NCBI GenBank assembly: GCA_964057225.1
Contig: OZ059898.1
Span: forward strand, 19,034,001-19,098,000
Reading direction: 5' to 3'
From: Auanema rhodensis
Taxonomy: Eukaryota > Animalia > Nematoda
DNA length: 64,000 nucleotides
Both the position numbers and the translations under genes were made by a program. Below, one piece after another: positions 55,001 to 64,000 of this stretch. How positions within the stretch are numbered: the first letter of the stretch is position 1; each line of letters opens with the position of its first letter. The notes below the pieces were generated by a model, which was not told the origin of the DNA, did no database searches, and saw only the letters and a program-made list of their open reading frames with translations.

Positions 55001-58000
55001 GAAAAAATTTTTGTCAAAATGTTTTGGAAGCAATGTTGAGTGTACATGGAAACTCAACATACACTAATGCATCATTTTTCAAACGATCATAACTAATTTT
55101 TGTATTAAGCGTTTCTCAAAGTAGTATAGTGCATTCGATGCGGATTTTTAAGCTGCGTCGATCTGTGTTATCAGATTTGCGCTAGCTTAAAAATGCACCG
55201 AGATATCAACTGATATAAGTTTACACTTATATCCTCGATTTTCACCCTGAAGAATTAATTTTTTCGTTGAATAACATTGTCCATCGTCTTTGCTTTGAAA
55301 AAAGGAATCTAAAAACATCTACTTTTTGCTAAATCATTTTAAAATTTTTTGAAAAAATTTTTGTCAAAATGTTTTTGGAAGCAATGTTGAGTGTACATGG
55401 AAACTCAACATACACTAATGCATCATTTTTCAAACGATCATAACTAATTTTTGTATTGAGCGTTTCTCAATGTAGTATAGTGCATTTGATGCGGATTTTT
55501 AAGCTGCGTCGATCTGTGTTATCAGATTTGCGCTAGCTTAAAAATGCACCGAGATATCAACTGATATAAGTTTACACTTATATCCTCGATTTTCACCCTG
55601 AAGAATTAATTTTTTTGTTGAATAACATTGTCCATCGTGTTTGCCTTGAAAAAAGGAATCTAAAAACATCTACTTTTTGCTAAATCATTTTAAAATTTTT
55701 TGAAAAAATTTTTGTCAAAATGTTTTTGGAAGCAATGTTGAGTGTACATGGAAACTCAACTTACACTAATGCATCATTTTTCAAACGATCATAACTAATT
55801 TTTGTATTAAGCGTTTCTCAAAGTAGTATAGTGCATTCGATGCGGATTTTTAAGCTGCGTCGATCTGTGTTATCAGATTTGCGCTAGCTTAAAAATGCAC
55901 CGAGATATCAACTGATATAAGTTCACACTTATATCCTCGATTTTCACCCTGAAGAATTAATTTTTTTGTTGAATAACATTGTCCATCGTCTTTGCCTTGA
56001 AAAAAAGAATCTAAAAACATCTACTTTTTGCTAAATTATTTTGAAATTTTTTGAAAAAATTTTTGTCAAAATGTTTTTGGAAGCAATGTTGAGTGTACAT
56101 GGAAACTCAACATACACTAATGCATCATTTTTCAAACGATCATAACTAATTTTTGTATTAAGCGTTTCTCAAAGTAGTATAGTGCATTCGATGCGGATTT
56201 TTAAGCTGCGTCGATCTGTGTTATCAGATTTGCGCTAGCTTAAAAATGCACCGAGATATCAACTGATATAAGTTCACACTTATATCCTCGATTTTCACCC
56301 TGAAGAATTAATTTTTTTGTTGAAAAACATTGTCCATCGTGTTTGCCTTGAAAAAAGGAATCTAAAAACATCTACTTTTTGCTAAATCATTTTAAAATTT
56401 TTCGAAAAAATTTTTGTCAAAATGTTTTGGAAGCAATGTTGAGTGTACATGGAAACTCAACATACACTAATGCATCATTTTTCAAACGATCATAACTAAT
56501 TTTTGTATTAAGCGTTTCTCAAAGTAGTATAGTGCATTCGATGCGGATTTTTAAGCTGCGTCGATCTGTGTTATCAGATTTGCGCTAGCTTAAAAATGCA
56601 CCGAGATATCAACTGATATAAGTTTACACTTATATCCTCGATTTTCACCCTGAAGAATTAATTTTTTCGTTGAATAACATTGTCCATCGTCTTTGCTTTG
56701 AAAAAAGGAATCTAAAAACATCTACTTTTTGCTAAATCATTTTAAAATTTTTTGAAAAAATTTTTGTCAAAATGTTTTTGGAAGCAATGTTGAGTGTACA
56801 TGGAAACTCAACATACACTAATGCATCATTTTTCAAACGATCATAACTAATTTTTGTATTGAGCGTTTCTCAATGTAGTATAGTGCATTTGATGCGGATT
56901 TTTAAGCTGCGTCGATCTGTGTTATCAGATTTGCGCTAGCTTAAAAATGCACCGAGATATCAACTGATATAAGTTCACACTTATTTCCTCGATTTTCACC
57001 CTGAAGAACTAATTTTTTTGTTGAATAACATTGTCCATCGTCTTTGCCTTGAAAAAAGGAATCTAAAAACATCTACTTTTTGCTAAATTATTTTGAAATT
57101 TTTTGAAAAAATTTTTGTCAAAATGTTTTTGGAAGCAATGTTGAGTGTACATGGAAACTCAACATACACTAATGTATCATTTTTCAAACGATCATAACTA
57201 CTTTTTGTATAAAGCGTTTCTCAAAGTAGTATAGTGCATTCGATGCGGATTTTTAAGCTGCGTCGATCTGTGTTATCAGATTTGCGCTAGCTTAAAAATG
57301 CACCGAGATATCAACTGATATAAGTTCACACTTATATCCTCGATTTTCACCCTGAAGAACTAATTTTTTCGTTGAAAAACATTGTCCATCGTGTTTGCCT
57401 TGAAAAAAGGAATCTAAAAACATCTACTTTTTGCTAAATTATTCTGAAATTTTTCGAAAAAATTTTTGTCAAAATGTTTTTGGAAGCAATGTTGAGTGTA
57501 CATGGAAACTCAACATACACTAATGCATCATTTTTCAAACGATCATAACTAATTTTTGTATAAAGCGTTTCTCAAAGTAGTATAGTGCATTCGATGCGGA
57601 TTTTTAAGCTGCGTCGATCTGTGTTATCAGATTTGCGCTAGCTTAAAAATGCACCGAGATATCAACTGATATAAGTTTACACTTATATCCTCGATTTTCA
57701 CCCTGAAGAATTAATTTTTTCGTTGAATAACATTGTCCATCGTCTTTGCTTTGAAAAAAGGAATCTAAAAACATCTACTTTTTGCTAAATCATTTTAAAA
57801 TTTTTTGAAAAAATTTTTGTCAAAATGTTTTTGGAAGCAATGTTGAGTGTACATGGAAACTCAACTTACACTAATGCATCATTTTTCAAACGATCATAAC
57901 TAATTTTTGTATTAAGCGTTTCTCAAAGTAGTATAGTGCATTCGATGCGGAGTTTTAAGCTGCGTCGATCTGTGTTATCAGATTTGCGCTAGCTTAAAAA

Positions 58001-61000
58001 TGCACCGAGATATCAACTGATATAAGTTTACACTTATATCCTCGATTTTCACCCTGAAGAATTAATTTTTTTGTTGAATAACATTGTCCATCGTGTTTGC
58101 CTTGAAAAAAGGAATCTAAAAACATCTACTTTTTGCTAAATCATTTTAAAATTTTTTGAAAAAATTTTTGTCAAAATGTTTTTGGAAGCAATGTTGAGTG
58201 TACATGGAAACTCAACATACACTAATGCATCATTTTTCAAACGATCATAACTAATTTTTGTATTAAGCGTTTCTCAAAGTAGTATAGTGCATTCGATGCG
58301 GATTTTTAAGCTGCGTCCATCTGTGTTATCAGATTTGCGCTAGCTTAAAAATGCACCGAGATATCAACTGATATAAGTTCACACTTATATCCTCGATTTT
58401 CACCCTGAAGAATTAATTTTTTTGTTGAATAACATTGTCCATCGTTTTTGCCTTGAAAAAAGGAATTTAAAAACATCTACTTTTTGCTAAATTATTTTGA
58501 AATTTTTTGAAAAAATTTTTGTCAAAATGTTTTTGGAAGCAATGTTGAGTGTACATGGAAACTCAACATACACTAATGCATCATTTTTCAAACGATCATA
58601 ACTAATTTTTGTATTAAGCGTTTCTCAAAGTAGTATAGTGCATTCGATGCGGATTTTTAAGCTGCGTCGATCTGTGTTATCAGATTTGCGCTAGCTTAAA
58701 AATGCACCGAGATATCAACTGATATAAGTTTACACTTATATCCTCGATTTTCACCCTGAAGAACTAATTTTTTCGTTGAAAAACATTGTCCATCGTGTTT
58801 GCCTTGAAAAAAGGAATCTAAAAACATCTACTTTTTGCTAAATCATTTTAAAATTTTTCGAAAAAATTTTTGTCAAAATGTTTTGGAAGCAATGTTGAGT
58901 GTACATGGAAACTCAACATACACTAATGCATCATTTTTCAAACGATCATAACTAATTTTTGTATTAAGCGTTTCTCAAAGTAGTATAGTGCATTCGATGC
59001 GGATTTTTAAGCTGCGTCGATCTGTGTTATCAGATTTGCGTTAGCTTAAAAATGCACCGAGATATCAACTGATATAAGTTTACACTTATATCCTCGATTT
59101 TCACCCTGAAGAATTAATTTTTTTGTTGAATAACATTGTCCATCGTCTTTGCCTTGAAAAAAAGAATCTAAAAACATCTACTTTTTGCTAAATTATTTTG
59201 AAATTTTTTGAAAAAATTTTTGTCAAAATGTTTTTGGAAGCAATGTTGAGTGTACATGGAAACTCAACATACACTAATGCATCATTTTTCAAACGATCAT
59301 AACTAATTTTTGTATTAAGCGTTTCTCAAAGTAGTATAGTGCATTCGATGCGGATTTTTAAGCTGCGTCGATCTGTGTTATCAGATTTGCGCTAGCTTAA
59401 AAATGCACCGAGATATCAACTGATATAAGTTCACACTTATATCCTCGATTTTCACCCTGAAGAATTAATTTTTTTGTTGAATAACATTGTCCATCGTCTT
59501 TGCCTTGAAAAAAAGAATCTAGAAACATCTACTTTTTGCTAAATTATTTTGAAATTTTTTGAAAAAATTTTTGTCAAAATGTTTTTGGAAGCAATGTTGA
59601 GTGTACATGGAAACTCAACATACACTAATGCATCATTTTTCAAACGATCATAACTAATTTTTGTATTACGCGTTTCTCAAAGTAGTATAGTGCATTCGAT
59701 GCGGATTTTTAAGCTGCGTCGATCTGTGTTATCAGATTTGCGTTAGCTTAAAAATGCACCGAGATATCAACTGATATAAGTTTACACTTATATCCTCGAT
59801 TTTCACCCTGAAGAATTAATTTTTTTGTTGAATAACATTGTCCATCGTCTTTGCCTTGAAAAAAAGAATCTAAAAACATCTACTTTTTGCTAAATTATTT
59901 TGAAATTTTTTGAAAAAATTTTTGTCAAAATGTTTTTGGAAGCAATGTTGAGTGTACATGGAAACTCAACATACACTAATGCATCATTTTTCAAATGATC
60001 ATAACTAATTTTTGTATTAAGCGTTTCTCAAAGTAGTATAGTGCATTCGATGCGGATTTTTAAGCTGCGTCGATCTGTGTTATCAGATTTGCGCTAGCTT
60101 AAAAATGCACCGAGATATCAACTGATATAAGTTCACACTTATATCCTCGATTTTCACCCTGAAGAATTAATTTTTTTGTTGAATAACATTGTCCATCGTC
60201 TTTGCCTTGAAAAAAAGAATCTAAAAACATCTACTTTTTGCTAAATTATTTTGAAATTTTTTGAAAAAATTTTTGTCAAAATGTTTTTGGAAGCAATGTT
60301 GAGTGTACATGGAAACTCAACATACACTAATGCATCATTTTTCAAACGATCATAACTAATTTTTGTATTAAGCGTTTCTCAAAGTAGTATAGTGCATTCG
60401 ATGCGGATTTTTAAGCTGCGTCGATCTGTGTTATCAGATTTGCGCTAGCTTAAAAATGCACCGAGATATCAACTGATATAAGTTCACACTTATATCCTCG
60501 ATTTTCACCCTGAAGAATTAATTTTTTTGTTGAAAAACATTGTCCATCGTGTTTGCCTTGAAAAAAGGAATCTAAAAACATCTACTTTTTGCTAAATCAT
60601 TTTAAAATTTTTCGAAAAAATTTTTGTCAAAATGTTTTGGAAGCAATGTTGAGTGTACATGGAAACTCAACATACACTAATGCATCATTTTTCAAACGAT
60701 CATAACTAATTTTTGTATAAAGCGTTTCTCAAAGTAGTATAGTGCATTCGATGCGGATTTTTAAGCTGCGTCGATCTGTGTTATCAGATTTGCGCTAGCT
60801 TAAAAATGCACCGAGATATCAACTGATATAAGTTCACACTTATATCCTCGATTTTCACCCTGAAGAATTAATTTTTTTGTTGAATAACATTGTCCATCGT
60901 CTTTGCCTTGAAAAAAAGAATCTAAAAACATCTACTTTTTGCTAAATTATTTTGAAATTTTTTGAAAAAATTTTTGTCAAAATGTTTTTGGAAGCAATGT

Positions 61001-63444
61001 TGAGTGTACATGGAAACTCAACATACACTAATGCATCATTTTTCAAACGATCATAACTAATTTTTGTATAAAGCGTTTCTCAAAGTAGTATAGTGCATTC
61101 GATGCGGATTTTTAAGCTGCGTCGATCTGTGTTATCAGATTTGCGCTAGCTTAAAAATGCACCGAGATATCAACTGATATAAGTTTACACTTATATCCTC
61201 GATTTTCACCCTGAAGAATTAATTTTTTTGTTGAATAACATTGTCCATCGTCTTTGCCTTGAAAAAAAGAATCTAAAAACATCTACTTTTTGCTAAATTA
61301 TTTTGAAATTTTTTGAAAAAATTTTTGTCAAAATGTTTTTGGAAGCAATGTTGAGTGTACATGGAAACTCAACATACACTAATGCATCATTTTTCAAATG
61401 ATCATAACTAATTTTTGTATTAAGCGTTTCTCAAAGTAGTATAGTGCATTCGATGCGGATTTTTAAGCTGCGTCGATCTGTGTTATCAGATTTGCGCTAG
61501 CTTAAAAATGCACCGAGATATCAACTGATATAAGTTCACACTTATATCCTCGATTTTCACCCTGAAGAATTAATTTTTTTGTTGAATAACATTGTCCATC
61601 GTCTTTGCCTTGAAAAAAAGAATCTAAAAACATCTACTTTTTGCTAAATTATTTTGAAATTTTTTGAAAAAATTTTTGTCAAAATGTTTTTGGAAGCAAT
61701 GTTGAGTGTACATGGAAACTCAACATACACTAATGCATCATTTTTCAAACGATCATAACTAATTTTTGTATTAAGCGTTTCTCAAAGTAGTATAGTGCAT
61801 TCGATGCGGATTTTTAAGCTGCGTCGATCTGTGTTATCAGATTTGCGCTAGCTTAAAAATGCACCGAGATATCAACTGATATAAGTTCACACTTATATCC
61901 TCGATTTTCACCCTGAAGAATTAATTTTTTTGTTGAAAAACATTGTCCATCGTGTTTGCCTTGAAAAAAGGAATCTAAAAACATCTACTTTTTGCTAAAT
62001 CATTTTAAAATTTTTCGAAAAAATTTTTGTCAAAATGTTTTGGAAGCAATGTTGAGTGTACATGGAAACTCAACATACACTAATGCATCATTTTTCAAAC
62101 GATCATAACTAATTTTTGTATTAAGCGTTTCTCAAAGTAGTATAATGCATTCGATGCGGATTTTTAAGCTGCGTCGATCTGTGTTATCAGATTTGCGCTA
62201 GCTTAAAAATGCACCGAGATATCAACTGATATAAGTTTACACTTATATCCTCGATTTTCACCCTGAAGAATTAATTTTTTTGTTGAATAACATTGTCCAT
62301 CGTCTTTGCCTTGAAAAAAAGAATCTAAAAACATCTACTTTTTGCTAAATTATTTTGAAATTTTTTGAAAAAATTTTTGTCAAAATGTTTTTGGAAGCAA
62401 TGTTGAGTGTACATGGAAACTCAACATACACTAATGCATCATTTTTCAAACGATCATAACTAATTTTTGTATTAAGCGTTTCTCAAAGTAGTATAGTGCA
62501 TTCGATGCGGATTTTTAAGCTGCGTCGATCTGTGTTATCAGATTTGCGCTAGCTTAAAAATGCACCGAGATATCAACTGATATAAGTTCACACTTATATC
62601 CTCGATTTTCACCCTGAAGAATTAATTTTTTTGTTGAATAACATTGTCCATCGTCTTTGCCTTGAAAAAAAGAATCTAAAAACATCTACTTTCTGCTAAA
62701 TTATTTCGAAATTTTTTGAAAAAATTTTTGTCAAAATGTTTTTGGAAGCAATGTTGAGTGTACATGGAAACTCAACATACACTAATGCATCATTTTTCAA
62801 ACGATCATAACTAATTTTTGTATTAAGCGTTTCTCAAAGTAGTATAGTGCATTCGATGCGGATTTTTAAGCTGCGTCGATCTGTGTTATCAGATTTGCGC
62901 TAGCTTAAAAATGCACCGAGATATCAACTGATATAAGTTCACACTTATATCCTCGATTTTCACCCTGAAGAATTAATTTTTTTGTTGAATAACATTGTCC
63001 ATCGTCTTTGCCTTGAAAAAAAGAATCTAAAAACATCTACTTTTTGCTAAATTATTTTGAAATTTTTTGAAAAAATTTTTGTCAAAATGTTTTTGGAAGC
63101 AATGTTGAGTGTACATGGAAACTCAACATACACTAATGCATCATTTTTCAAACGATCATAACTAATTTTTGTATTAAGCGTTTCTCAAAGTAGTATAGTG
63201 CATTCGATGCGGATTTTTAAGCTGCGTCGATCTGTGTTATCAGATTTGCGCTAGCTTAAAAATGCACCGAGATATCAACTGATATAAGTTCACACTTATA
63301 TCCTCGATTTTCACCCTGAAGAATTAATTTTTTTGTTGAATAACATTGTCCATCGTCTTTGCCTTGAAAAAAAGAATCTAAAAACATCTACTTTTTGCTA
63401 AATCATTTTAAAATTTTTCGAAAAAATTTTTGTCAAAATGTTTT
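49056..63444. repeat. Seven copies of a 350-bp monomer variant (aatgttttgg, one T lost), ending in a 4-monomer 1403-bp period
   Basis: T4 instead of T5 near 49056, 55022, 56425, 58881, 60635, 62038 and 63441, always linked to aaatCatttTAaaatttttCg. The count agrees with the 7-bp cumulative phase shift. Confidence 0.9.
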
Positions 63445-64000
63445 GGAAGCAATGTTGAGTGTACATGGAAACTCAACATACACTAATGCATCATTTTTCA
63501 AACGATCATAACTAATTTTTGTATTAAGCGTTTCTCAAAGTAGTATAATGCATTCGATGCGGATTTTTAAGCTGCGTCGATCTGTGTTATCAGATTTGCG
63601 CTAGCTTAAAAATGCACCGAGATATCAACTGATATAAGTTTACACTTATATCCTCGATTTTCACCCTGAAGAATTAATTTTTTTGTTGAATAACATTGTC
63701 CATCGTCTTTGCCTTGAAAAAAAGAATCTAAAAACATCTACTTTTTGCTAAATTATTTTGAAATTTTTTGAAAAAATTTTCGTCAAAATGTTTTTGGAAG
63801 CAATGTTGAGTGTACATGGAAACTCAACATACACTAATGCATCATTTTTCAAACGATCATAACTAATTTTTGTATTAAGCGTTTCTCAAAGTAGTATAGT
63901 GCATTCGATGCGGATTTTTAAGCTGCGTCGATCTGTGTTATCAGATTTGCGCTAGCTTAAAAATGCACCGAGATATCAACTGATATAAGTTCACACTTAT

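Larger units (their letters stand above)
1..64000. repeat. Tandem satellite DNA array, 351-bp monomer, ~182.4 copies, single orientation, extends beyond both window edges
   Basis: The motif aactaatttttgta starts at 1, 353, 704, 1055 and so on. The phase 353+351n holds exactly up to 35453. After the -16 bp scar it resumes at 36139, and the last monomer start at 63861 equals 36139+79x351-7, matching seven 1-bp deletions. Copies differ by only a few substitutions each. Confidence 0.99.

Noticed and set aside
1-64000. CRISPR array or other repeat-spacer system
   Set aside because: The palindromic segments are separated by sequence that is just as conserved as they are. There are no unique spacers, leader or cas genes.
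1-64000. Assignment to a named satellite family (for example the Drosophila 359-bp/1.688 satellite or ~350-bp tenebrionid beetle satellites)
   Set aside because: Only length and AT content are similar. I see no sequence match I can vouch for, so a BLASTN/Dfam/Repbase search of the monomer is required.

Overview
The whole 64-kb window is the interior of one uninterrupted head-to-tail tandem array of an AT-rich (~31% GC by hand count of one copy) 351-bp monomer. It holds 182 complete copies plus a 140-bp partial copy, all in the same orientation, with no array boundary, inversion, unique sequence or transposon insertion visible. This is eukaryotic-type satellite DNA, plausibly (peri)centromeric, but neither the organism nor the satellite family can be named from the sequence alone. 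No credible genes, RNA genes or CRISPR arrays are present, and the three 63-aa ORFs are by-products of one stop-loss SNP. Five features of the internal structure stand out. (i) The monomer is built from at least four dyad symmetries plus an A/T-tract block. (ii) Monomer length is almost perfectly conserved: the net length variants are one +1 copy, seven related -1 copies and one deletion/templated-insertion scar at 35785-35800. (iii) Diagnostic SNPs reveal local 2-, 3-, 4-, 6- and 8-monomer higher-order duplications and a variant turnover around 42-49 kb. (iv) A recurrent minor haplotype carries three linked substitutions that together build a degenerate type I hammerhead-ribozyme-like core; this is speculative and it is probably not active as written. 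(v) Variation is uneven along the monomer, with invariant blocks next to multi-allelic sites. All variant positions were read by eye and should be confirmed by alignment.
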